From assembly GCF_006345805.1 (NCBI RefSeq), contig NC_043004.1, positions 37,820,001 through 37,884,000 of the forward strand: a DNA stretch of 64,000 nucleotides, given 5' to 3'. Source of the DNA: Octopus sinensis. Lineage: Eukaryota. This document shows, piece by piece, positions 26,962 to 37,451 of the stretch (positions within the stretch are counted from its first letter, which is position 1; each line of letters begins with the position of its first letter). The position numbers were made by a program, and so were the translations under genes. The notes under the pieces were generated by a model. That model had not been told where the DNA came from. It saw only the letters and a list, made by a program, of their open reading frames with translations, and ran no database searches.

Positions 26962-29900
26962 GTCAATATAGTTATTGGGTAGTTTACTATTTTTCCTTTT
27001 ATTTTTAGGTGCATTTGTTGGGGTTTATTTAGACAGAAAAAAAGAGTTTGTCATTTAAATGATGTCCAATGTGCTTATGTCAACTTATGTTTAACCCTTT
27101 ACCTTTTAAACAGACTATATCTGGTCCAAATATTCTACCTGCTTTATATTCCAACAAGCTAGATCTGGCCTCTTACACCAATCCTACGAAGTCATTCTAA
27201 AAATAAACAAACACCTCGCCGAAATCTTGAAGCTAAGAGATAATATATGATTAATTCAAAACAATATTAACTAAAAACATTGCATTTGACAGAGTAACCT
27301 GAATGCTAAAGGGTTAACATTATTACTCTTTTACTTGTTTCAGTCATTTGACTGTGGCCATGCTGGAGCACCATCTTTAGTCGAGCAAATCGATCCCGGG
27401 ACTTATTCTTTGTAAGCCCAGTACTTATTCTATCGGTCTCTTTTGCTGAACCGCTAAGTAACGGGGACATAAACACACCAGCATCGGTTGTCAAGCAATG
27501 CAAGGAGGACAAACACAGACACACAAACATACACGTATATATATACATATATACGACAGGCTTCTTTCAGTTTTCGCCTACCAAATCCACTCACAAGGCA
27601 TTGGTCGGCCCGGGGCTATAGTAGAAGATACTTGCCCAAGATGCCACGCAGTGGGACTGAACCCAGAACCATGTGGTTGGTTAGCAAGCTACTTACCACA
27701 CAGCCATGCACATATTTTTATTTATATCTTTCTGGTGGTGTTACTAAGTGAAATATGAGCAGGCCAGAGTTACTTGATTTGAATGAGATTTCCATTCATG
27801 TGACACTGCTTTTATTATATTCAGGGCAGAAGCTAACACATCAATTGGTGCTATTTAGACATGTCATTGTATTTAACAAGTTCTATATCTGGAAACAGAG
27901 TTTCCAATTCAGGCTGTTTGCTGATAATTCTGTTTTTAGATTCTTTTTAAGTCTGCACTCCTTTGCTGGTTTTGTCGGTGATGTTGTTGAGATGCAAATC
28001 AGTCCTAATTGGGCAAATTTAAGATTTAAAACCTTTCTAGCTGTCATTGTTGTTGTTGTGGTTATTATCATTGTTGTTAAGGTGGCGAACTGACAGAATT
28101 GTTAGCACACTAGACGAAATGCTTAGCAGTATTTTGCCCATCACTACATTCTGAGAGTGAAGGCACATGGCTTAGTGGGTTAGGGCATTTGGCTCACAAT
28201 CGTAGGGTCACAAGTTTGATTCTCGGCAGCAGGTTGTGACCTTGAGCAAGACACTTTATTTCACGTTGCTCCAGTCCATTCAGCTGGCAAAAATGAGTTA
28301 TACCTGTATTTCAAGGAGCCAGCCTTGTCACACACTGTGTCACATTGAATCTCTCTGAGAAGTATGTGAAGAGGTACGTGTGTCTATAGAGTGCTCAGCC
28401 ACTTGCACGTTAATCTCATGAGCAAGCTGTTCTGTTGATCGGATCAAATGGAACCTTCGTCATTGTAAGCAACAGAGTGCCAGTACATGCTGAGTTCAAA
28501 TTAAACCGGGGTCGATTTTGCCTTTCATCCTTTCAGGGTCAACAAATTAAGTACCAGTGAAATACTGGGGATCAATGTAATTGAAAAAAATAAAAAGGAA
28601 AAAGCAAAAAAACAAGAAAGAAAACAGAAAAAAACCCCCCAAAAAACAAAACAATTCACCACCTTGGGTTGAAAAGTTGAGGGCACTGGGAAACCTCTCT
28701 AATGGCTATTGAGGCACACCAGCACACTTGCAGCATTGCCGCAGGTGATGGCGAGGCTGATGTACTGCAACAACCAAGCACCCTCAAGAGCCTCACCAGT
28801 TACCTCTGCAAGGTGAATTGCCAGTGAAGAGAAGAATCTTGCAGTTAGTGGTCCGACACCCCCAAATATCTCAAACACGACAGGATGGAAAATGACATTG
28901 GCTAACAGACCATGGTATTTCAGGATTTTGTTCTGCTTGGCCGCAGAAGCTGTGGATCTCGCCCTGACTGCAGCATCCAGGATGTGAGAAGAAGCAAAGG
29001 AGTCGCTAACTGTGACATCCCAGGCAAGATATCTGCCTCGCGACCAAGGGCACAGGGTGAGGCAGTCAGGTCTCTTCCTATCACATCTGGACAATCCAGA
29101 TGGTTCCAAGATGGAAGGGATGTTTGCCTGAGCCACGCTCTTCTTGAATATTAGGTTCAACTCCGTATGATGTGAGAAGCAACCAGCTTTCAGGCGCCCA
29201 GAAAGGCCATGGAGGCCCGTGGAGTCAAGGAGCCTGCCACAATAACAGATCAAACCTGTGCATATGTCAGCTCCCATTGAGGGCAATGGAGACATGAAGT
29301 TCGTCCAAGCTGAGCAGGCCACCAACATTAGCCACAGGAATGGCATCAATCCAGTCACCTGAGTATTTGGCACTAGCAGACATAAGTGGAACCTTGAAAA
29401 CTGGTCCGACTGGATGAAGAGGGAATCAAAGGTATCCTTAAATGTTATGTGGTCCCAAGCTCTCTGGCTCCGACAGTCCTCCACCTTCTCAGGAGCAGAC
29501 AAGCCCAATTCTCTCCAGTGTTGCAGAGCTTCATCCAACTCCCTGTTGGAACTGGTCCCTGTTGGAGAGAAGAGGATGTGGACCTATCAATTCATTTCAG
29601 AGATATTTTCAGTTTGAACGGCAGTTTTTTCTAGTGGTGTCGTATGAAATTGTCACCCATAATTATGACCGTAGAATCGATCTATTGCATTTCAATCTGT
29701 ATTAGGGTTAGGGTTAGTTAGGTTAGGGGTGGGGGGAAGGGTATCTTTTTTTTTCTTCACAAATGTAAATAAACCCACGTCACTGATTGGTTGAAATTGT
29801 AGAAATTGAAGAAAAAAAACAACAAATATCTTACAAACTATAGAATTTTCTCAATAAAGCCAAGAGAAAAAGATGTTTTATAAACACATTCTACCAGTAT

Positions 29901-30236
29901 ACGAAGTTTAAAATCTTTTAGTTACCTAGAAATTATGTTAAAAAACTGCCGTTCAAACCGAAAAGATCCCATTTCAGCAGACTAAATGTTATGGTTTATG
30001 ATTCGTACAGTATTATTATATGCTCTGGTGAAGGGTTTACAGGTTGATTAGAATACGACTAGGGATGAAGTGAAGTGAACAAATAGAACTGGAACAATAA
30101 ATAAAGTAAATAGAGATGACTGAAAGATAAATATAAATAAGGTAAATTTATAGTTAATAAAGGAATAAAATATTCATCTATAAGGTATAAGGAAAATTAT
30201 AAAAAATTATTTGTGTGTGTGTATAATATAAATATA

Positions 30237-30269
<33 letters not shown>

Positions 30270-30966
30270 CCGGAGTAAGCACATAAATGTGAAACAAGGT
30301 GGTAAAAAAGAGTACTCAAATACCAGAGGTAGAATAACATCCATCCATCCATACATACATAAATACATACACATACATGCACACACACGTATACACATCG
30401 AACCTAAAACAACAGAAGCTCGATGATCGCCGCTCAGGAGAATTTCGTGAAATTCGACTTTAGCGGTTAATGCATATAAACAACAACTGAGAATATTTAG
30501 AAGAGAGTCAGTGACAAATTTGTCGCAGCACAAAACTATAACATATTTAGAAGTATTGATTATTAACCTTAATTATAACATTAAGCCAGTGTATACTCCA
30601 AATTATGTGTAAATACACAAAAGTCAAGCTCTTAATTTACCGTACACTTAAAAAAAAAAAATTACCGCTCATATATCTTGTATGATTATTAAACATAAAT
30701 TAAGGCTGTTCAATAGGTGTCTGGATTTTAACGAATAAATTTGGGCATAACTACAGATTCCTGCCCCACCGACTTTGGATGATCATAACTTTCAGAAAAA
30801 TGGATATTTTTAAAGAAATTTTCTACGAATATGTGTTTTATCGGTGGGGTTGGGGCAGGAATCTAGTTATGACTAAATGTGTATGTAGTCAAACGCACTA
30901 AAATATACTTATATGTATATGAGAAGTCAGGATGTTTGGTCGACTTACCACCGCTACTTTTACCAT
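12804..30966 (-). CDS. CBR1: Carbonyl reductase [NADPH] 1-like, copy B, complete (8 coding exons, 274 aa)
   Basis: Exons 30966-30949, 25820-25739, 24358-24180, 22970-22858, 20407-20279, 18721-18580, 14541-14478, 12901-12804 sum to 825 nt. All introns are GT-AG with matching phases. Protein: MVKVAVVTGSNKGIG...ARD...ILVNNAGIAYK...RVVNVSS...AYGVSK...CCPGYV...HKWI*. It has TGxxxGxG, NNAG, catalytic S/Y/K and basic NADPH-specifying residues. AATAAA on - at 12688-12693. Confidence 0.95.
13687..13925 (+). mobile_element. tRNA-derived SINE family C
   Basis: ggaggcatgtggcttagtggttaggg head; relatives at about 28160-28490 and 58567-58875. Confidence 0.75.
14478..14541 (-). CDS. CBR1: CBR copy B exon 7 (CCPGYVDTDM)
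   Basis: 64 nt, paralogous to 2761-2824. Confidence 0.95.
16560..17025. mobile_element. Fold-back/MITE-like element with long imperfect inverted arms and a (CCCTAA)-like centre
   Basis: Arms about 16620-16790 and 16830-17022 are reverse-complementary; loop ccctaaccctaaaccctaacccctaaccc. Confidence 0.65.
18580..18721 (-). CDS. CBR1: CBR copy B exon 6 (catalytic YGVSK)
   Basis: 142 nt, paralogous to 1975-2116. Confidence 0.95.
19250..19950 (-). pseudogene. Decayed mariner (IS630-Tc1-mariner) transposase in CBR-B intron 5
   Basis: GVFKYLQKNG...GRESLEDDSTSGRP (HTH region) and KKVKVVSPAGKVMTSVFRD...QKGHIINEEYYANFL, broken by stops and frameshifts. Confidence 0.85.
20279..20407 (-). CDS. CBR1: CBR copy B exon 5 (RVVNVSS...)
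   Basis: 129 nt, phase 2-2, AG/GT flanked. Confidence 0.95.
21260..21800 (+). mobile_element. Highly decayed RTE LINE RT fragment
   Basis: IVESSCYLKDLLS...CESLAARV resembles the RTE EIVDSFCYLGD..GCE.AV.AR motif. Confidence 0.55.
22858..22970 (-). CDS. CBR1: CBR copy B exon 4 (QASTAPFSEQAEVTLRCNF...)
   Basis: 113 nt, AG/GT flanked. Confidence 0.95.
23030..23395 (+). repeat. RTE 3'-UTR truncated copy in CBR-B intron 3
   Basis: Internal ~60-bp units, then (ATG)n tail. Confidence 0.85.
24180..24358 (-). CDS. CBR1: CBR copy B exon 3 (ARDVGRG...VNNAGIAYK)
   Basis: 179 nt, AG/GT flanked. Confidence 0.95.
25739..25820 (-). CDS. CBR1: CBR copy B exon 2 (VTGSNKGIG...)
   Basis: cag|GTA ACA GGA AGT ... 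ACA G|gtaag; 82 nt. Confidence 0.95.
26457..26870 (+). mobile_element. tRNA-derived SINE family A (near full length)
   Basis: Head ggcgcaggagtggctgtgtggtaagtagc, ccttgggcaagtg core, central (TA)/(TG) tract, tail cagtcaaatgactg. Other copies at about 6931-7098+9300-9530, 10322-10990, 18818-19185, 32055-32230, 36550-36910. Confidence 0.85.
27091..27317 (+). mobile_element. piggyBac-type MITE, family 2
   Basis: TTAA TSD, CCCTTT termini; homologous to 60939-61166. Confidence 0.8.
27330..27715 (-). mobile_element. SINE family A, inverted relative to 26457-26870
   Basis: Full reverse-complement copy. Confidence 0.85.
28699..29600 (-). mobile_element. 3' fragment of a CRE-like non-LTR retrotransposon with restriction-like endonuclease
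   Basis: CYC..D..G.H, PD...WDVT, K..KY, P+.FE..G and ISLAI..GNA motifs; SASAKYSGDWIDAIP lies in a shifted frame, so the element is decayed. Confidence 0.8.
29601..29969 (+). mobile_element. MITE with about 30-bp TIRs (GGATCTTTTCGGTTTGAACGGCAG) and 8-bp TSD; Merlin- or MULE-like, superfamily uncertain
   Basis: TSD catttcag at 29593-29600 and 29970-29977; second copy at 60276. Confidence 0.8.
30949..30966 (-). CDS. CBR1: CBR copy B exon 1 (MVKVAV)
   Basis: ATG GTA AAA GTA GCG GTG|gtaagt; the phase-0 donor fits VTGSNKG in exon 2. Confidence 0.85.
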
Positions 30967-31391
30967 TCTCAGTGCTTTAAACAATGTTGTATCTTGCGTC
31001 GATCTAGTTTAGTTAATGCTGAATTAATATAAACCTAGTTACTACTCAGTTTACGGTTGTGGCCTCGTTTATGGCTTGCTTTGCTGATAACAAAGTTTCG
31101 CCAGTCTTGTCTTGAATGGGTCAAGGGCACCAGAGTACGGACGCAAATGTTCTTGTTAATTTTCTTAATATTATTTTAAATATTGATTAAGTACACCAAA
31201 TGTATTCGTGACAAATGTTTATTCTAGAATAAAAAAACAACAGACTTAAAGCCTTGTTGCACGATCCATTACATGAACCGTGTTAAGTAGCTATTTGAAA
31301 ATTGCTGTCATAAAATGCTGTTCCAGTTACACTATTATAAAATTGCTGTGTCATAAAATGCTGTTCCAGTTACACTATTATAACCAGTTAC

Positions 31392-33571
31392 ACTATTATA
31401 ACCTAAAAATTTTGTTTAATGAAATATAAATGATTGATTAAATAATAAGATAATAAAAAAAATAATCATGAAATGAGACAGGTAATGTAAAAGCCTACTT
31501 CAAGCAATTTATCCCTAAGTGGAAAGTTGAGAAATTCAAGTGTTGAGCAGACAAGGTATTGTTGACATTGTTGCTTCATAAATGTGACCTTTGTATTATC
31601 ACAGCACTGGAGAATACAAGCACACACACACATGCATAAATATATAGTAAGCTGTTGATAAGACGACAAATCTTTGGCCTGGACTCTTGTGAGAAGTTGC
31701 ATTATGTTATAGGAATACTGGTTTCATATTTTGGCACAATGCCAGCAATTTGGTGGAGGGGCTAAATCAATTACCTCGACTCCGGTGTCCAACTGGTACT
31801 TATTTTATCAACCCTGAAAGGATGAAAGGTAAAATCGACTTTGGTGGAATTTGAACTCGGACCATAAATACAGACAAAATACCACTATGCATTTTGCCCA
31901 GCATGCTTACAATTCTTATTTCTTTATTGCCCACAAGGGGCTAAACATAGAGGGGACAAACAAGAACAGACAAAGGGATTAAGTTGATTACATTGACCCC
32001 AGTGCGTAAAATATATATACAACAAAAATTTTCTCATGTTAGACACAATACGTAAGAGGCGTAGAAGTAGCTGTGTGGTAAGTAGCTTGCTTACGAACCA
32101 CATGGTTACTGGTTCAGTCGCACTGCGTGACACCTTGGGTAAGTGTCTTCTACTATAGCCTCGGGCCAACCAAAGCCTTGTGGGTGGATTTGGTGGACGG
32201 AAACTGAAAGAAGCCCGTCGTATATATGTATATTTGAGCATGGCCATTGCGAGTACCACCTGACTGGTCCTCGTGCAGGTGGCACGTAAAAGCACCCACT
32301 ACACTCTCAGAGTGGTTGGCGTTAGGAAGGGCATCCAGCTGTAGAAACTCTGCCTGATCAGATTGGTGTCTGGTGCAGCCATCTGGTTTGCCAAACCTCA
32401 GTCAAATCGTCCAACCCATGCTAGCATGGAAAGTGGACGTTAAATGACGATGAAGATACATGTGTGTGAGTCAACACACACACACACATACTAATGCAGG
32501 TGAAGTTATGTGGTTAAGAAGTTTACCTCATAGATTGGGGTTCAGTCTCACTGTATGGCACCTTGGGTAAATGTCTTCGACTATAGCCTTAGGTTGATCA
32601 CAGCCTGGTGAGTAGATTGGTAGATGGAAGCTGAAATAGACTTAACAAATAATTAAATATATAGCAAGCTGTTGATGGAAGGATAAGTCTTAGACCTAGA
32701 TTCCTGTGTGAAGTTGCATTATGTTAGCGGAATATTATGCTTGCGAAAAGCAAGTGTTGCAATTTACAAAAAAATGTAAATTTGGACCCTGATGCCTTTC
32801 CCAAGTGTAATATCGCTATGACAAAAAGGCGGCGAGGTGGCAGAATCGTTAGCACGCCGAGCGAAATGCGTAGCCGTATTTCATTTGCTGTTACGTTCTG
32901 AGTTCAAATTCCCCCGAGGTCGACTTTGCCTTTCATCCTTTCGGGGTCGATAAATTAAGTTCCAGTTACGCACTGGGGGTCGATGTAATCAACTTAATCC
33001 CTTTGTCTGTCCCCTCTATGTTTAGCTCCTTGTGGGCAATAAAGAAATAAGAATTGTAAGCATGCTGGGCAAAATGCATAGTGGTATTTTGTCTGTATTT
33101 ATGGTCTGAGTTCAAATTCCACCAAAGTCGATTTTACCTTTCATCCTTTCAGGGTTGATAAAATAAGTACCAGTTGGACACCGGAGTCGAGGTAATTGAT
33201 TTAGCCCCTCCACCAAATTGCTGGCATTGTGCCAAAATATGAAACCAGTATTCCTATAACATAATGCAACTTCTCACAAGAGTCCAGGCCAAAGATTTAT
33301 CCTCTTATCAACAGCTTACTATATATTTATGCATGTGTGTGTGTGCTTGTATTCTCCAGTGCTGTGATAATACAAAGGTCACATTTATGAAGCAACAATG
33401 TCAACAATACCTTGTCTGCTCAACACTTGAATTTCTCAACTTTCCACTTAGGGATAAATTACTTGAAGTAGGCTTTTACATTACCTGTTTCATTTTATGA
33501 TTATGTTTTTTATTATCTTATTTAATCAATCATTTATATTTCATTAAACAAAATTTTTAGGTTATAATAGT
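31392..33571. repeat. Recent inverted duplication: arms 31392-32008 and about 32968-33571
   Basis: About 600-bp arms, roughly 97% identical by eye, including non-SINE sequence; the two near-identical 78-aa ORFs in the track reflect it. Confidence 0.92.
32829..33050 (+). mobile_element. tRNA-derived SINE family B
   Basis: ggcgaggtggcagaatcgttagc A-box-like head, gttcaaattcc B-box, gtcgactttgcctttcatcctttcgggg core. Other copies at about 9845-10035, 20950-21160, 23410-23600. Confidence 0.85.
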
Positions 33572-34155
33572 TGAACACATTCCTTGAAGGTATTATAAAT
33601 TGAAATACTAATATACTAATATAAAAACCTCAGTGTTACAAATGATACATGCAATGGAAAGCAGAAGCAGGATGTGTGCCATATATTCTTTTCTACTCTA
33701 GGCACAAGGCCTGAAATATTTGGAGACGAGGCCAGTTGATTAGATCGACCCTGAAAGGATGAAAGGCAAAGTCGACCTTGGTGCAATTTGAACTCAGAAC
33801 GTAAAGACAGATGAAATACTGCTAAGCATTTCACCTGGTGTGCTAATGTTTCTGCCAGCTCACTGCCTTGAATATTATTTATTTATATATATGTATATAT
33901 GTATATATATATATATATATATATAAATTGGCGTTAGGAAGGGCATCCAGCCATAGAAACACTGCCAGATCTGACTGGGCCTGACGAAGCCTTCCAGCTT
34001 CACAGACCCCAGTTGACCCGTCCAACCCATGCTAGCATGGAAAGCGGACGCTAAATGATAATGATGATGATATATAACGAAAAAAACAAACGACGAAGAC
34101 AGGTGGTGTACAAAACAAACAGATGTATTAGTATAACGCTCAGGAATAGAAAAAG

Positions 34156-34189
34156 TCTTTTACGTTTCGAGCCTACGCTCTTCTACAGA

Positions 34190-34192
<3 letters not shown>
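34156..34192 (-). ncRNA. Second copy of the hammerhead-like motif
   Basis: UCUU CUGUAGA A GAGC-GUAG-GCUC GAAA CG UA AAAGA. Confidence 0.4.
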
Positions 34193-34228
<36 letters not shown>

Positions 34229-34323
34229 ACCACACATACTGAATGCTGTATGTGTGACCAAGCAAAGCACATACATTGAGTATGTATATTCAATGTTTAC
34301 AACTCTCCTGCTGCTTCTACTTC

Positions 34324-34354
<31 letters not shown>

Positions 34355-34380
34355 TGTATGCATGCATGAATAATTAAGAA

Positions 34381-35800
34381 GGTGGCGAGCTGGCAGAAAC
34401 GTTAGCGCGCTGGGCAAAATGCCTAGCGGTATTTCGTCAGACGCTATGTTCAGAGTTCAAATTCCACCAAGGTCGACTTTGCCTTTCATCCTTTCGGGGT
34501 CGATTAAATAAGTACCAATTACGCATTGGGGTTGATATAATCGACTTAATCCGTTTGTCTGTCCTTTCTGTGTTTAGCCCCTTATGGGTAGTAAAGAAAT
34601 AGGTATTCCGTCTGTCTTTACGTTCTGACTTCTACTTCTGACTAGGTCGACTTTACCTTTTATCCTTTCGGGGTCAATAAATTAAGTACCAGTTATGCAC
34701 TGGTGTCAATGTAATTGACTTAATCCCTTTGTCTGTCCTTGTTTGTCCCCTCTATGTTTAGCCTCTTGTAGGCAATAAAGAAATAAGAATCGTTAGCATG
34801 CCAGGTGAAATGCTTAGTGGTATTTCATGTCATTACATTCCGAGTTCTAATTCTGCCAAGGTCGACTTCGTCTTTTATCCTTTCAGGGTCGATGAATTAA
34901 GTACCTATTTCTTTACTACCCACAAGGGGCTAAACACAGAGGGGACAAACAAGGACAGACAAAGGGATTAAGTTGATTACATTGACCCCAGTGCATAACT
35001 GGTACTTAATTTATCGACCCCGAAAGGATGAAAGGCAAAGTTGATCTCAGCAGAATTTGAACTCCGAACGTAACGACAGACGAAATACCGTGAAGCATTT
35101 CGCCCGGCGTGCTAACGTTTTTGTCAGTTCACCAATTTGATGAATTAAGTACCAGTTGCATATTGAGGTCGATCTAATCGACTGGCACCCTCCCCCATAA
35201 TTTCAGGCCTTGTACCTAGAGTAGAAAAAATTATTATTATAATTAAGGTGGCAAGCTGGCAGAATTGTTAGCACCCTGGGTGAAATGCTTAGTGGCATTT
35301 CATCTGCTACTACTTTCTGAGTTCAAATTCTGCTGAGGTTGACTTTGCCTTTCATCCTTTCAGGGTCGATGAAATATGTACCAGTTACACATTTGGGGTT
35401 AATGTAATTGACTAACCCCTCCCTCAAATTTTCAGGCTCTGTGCCTACAGTAGAAAGGATTATAATTGTTGTTGTTAAGGTGGGAGCTGGCAGAATCATT
35501 AGTATGCCAGGCAAAATGCTTAGTGGTATTTCACCTGTCTTCATGTTCTGAGTTCAAATTCTGGTGTGGTTGACTTTGCCTTTCATCCCTTTGGGGTTGA
35601 TAAATTAAGTGCCAGTGAAACACTGGGGTCGATGTCATCGACTAGTCCTCTCTCCTCAGATTTCAGGCCTTGTGCCTTTTGTAGAAAAGATGACAGAATA
35701 AGGACCAAATATAAAAGAAAAATAATAATAAATATTGGGGTTGATTTGACTAAAGCCTTCAAGCCACAGTCCAATGACTGAAACAAGTAAAGGATAAATA
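34381..35800. mobile_element. Stack of about 6 nested or adjacent family-B SINE copies
   Basis: Repeated heads at about 34381, 34790, 35248, 35480; reverse copy about 34910-35130. Confidence 0.8.
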
Positions 35801-37337
35801 AAAAACTTTTTGAAATCATCTTAATTCTAATCAAACATGGCAATTTGACTGCCTCCTCAAGTCACACAACTATGCGAAACACAGCATTAATAGGTTAACC
35901 TGTTTTACTTAAAATTATATATCTATTTTATGTTGAAACCATGTTAATGTTACCTAGACTCTGCTGCCAAACCCAAGATTAGCTGGTTGAGTAGACCTAT
36001 GATCCAAGGTTTTTTCTTGTGACTCTCAAGAACACTGTTTCTAGAATGGGATTACACAATGCACCCATCCCTTTGTTATACAAGTAGTCTCCCTTTTTCA
36101 AGTTTTTGAAGCTATGTCAGTTGATGCAGAAAGGTTACCTTGTTTGGAAACAGGTGAGAATTGGTGACAGGAAGGACATATGGTTAGTAGAAAATCTGCC
36201 TTGACTAATTCTATCTGAACCATGCCAACATTAAAATGACGAATATTTTAAAATTAGCTTTTTATTGCATAAAACAAAACAAGAAGCAGTTTCAAATAGG
36301 CTGATATCAAAAGGGTTCAAATAATTGAAATGGTAGAATAACATGTGTAAGTAATGCTGAGATAAAAAATATCTTTTACTTGTATCAGTCATTGGACTGT
36401 GGCCATGCTGAAGCACTACCTTAAAAAGTATAGTCGAACAAATTGACCCTGGTACTTTTTCCATCTCACTTGTGCAAAACTGCTAAGTTACAGGGACATA
36501 AGCAAACCAACACCAGTTATCAAATGGTGATGAGGAACAAGCATAAACACACACACGTGGCTGTGTGGTAAGAAGTTTGGTTCCCAGCTACATAGTTTCA
36601 GGTTCAGTTGCTCTGCGTGGGACCTTAAGCTAGTGCTTTCTAATATAGCGTCAGGCTGACCAAAGCCTTGGAAACAGATCTGGTAGATGGAAACTGAACA
36701 AGGCTCATCATGTCTATGTCTGTACCCAACCACTGCTGTGTTGGTGTCTTTATGTCCTTGTAACTTAGCAGTTTGGCAAAAGGGATCGATAGAATAAGTA
36801 CCAGACTTAAAAAAAAATTACTGGGGCTGATTCATTCAACTAAAAATTCTTCAAGGCAGTGCCCCAGCATGGCTGCAGTCTAACGACTGAAAGAAGTAAA
36901 AGATAAAGATCCACAATAGGCTTCTACACAGTTTCCATCTTCCAAATTCACTCACAAGGAATTAGTTGACTTGGGGTATAGTAGAAGACAACTGCCCAAG
37001 CTACTGCACAGTGGGATTGAACCTGAAACCACTTCGTTCCCAAGCAAGTTTTTTAACCACAGAGCCATGCCTGATGATTCTTGTAGAACATTTGCTGAGA
37101 GCTAAGTAACAGATTCAATTTATTGTTACAGTTTGTGGCCTTTGACTTTTGCAAACAGACTTCAATATTCATTACAATTTTTTCATAACAAAAAAAAAAA
37201 AAAAAAGGATTTCCAGGTTAAAACTTTTAATTCTAATGAGTTGTTTTACAGGTTCGTAAGAATAAAAACCCTACGAAATGACAAATTGCTGAGACATAGC
37301 AACATATTTTGACAGGACTAAAGTTTGTATCCCAAGA

Positions 37338-37451
37338 TTATACTGCTTGCTTGATTAAGTTTGTGTAAGTCCTAATTTTGGTGGCCATAGACATGTCAAC
37401 AAATCTGTCACCGATGTTTACCAACATTCCTCCAATGATTGTTGGATCCAC
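37338..37451 (-). CDS. ATP5PO: ATP5PO exon 8 (VDPTIIGG...KQAV*)
   Basis: 114 nt ending TAA. Confidence 0.96.
   Translation of the reverse strand: MDPTIIGGMLVNIGDRFVDMSMATKIRTYTNLIKQAV

Noticed and set aside
29702-29728. TTAGGG repeats as an interstitial telomere or fusion site
   Set aside because: Short, degenerate and internal to a MITE present twice in the window.
31117-31130. GGGTCAAGGGCA nuclear-receptor-like site upstream of CBR-B
   Set aside because: A single short imperfect motif that is expected by chance; no independent support.
31466-33500. Two nearly identical 78-aa ORFs on opposite strands
   Set aside because: By-product of the inverted duplication; includes a (TG)n tract and has no recognisable domain or splice support.
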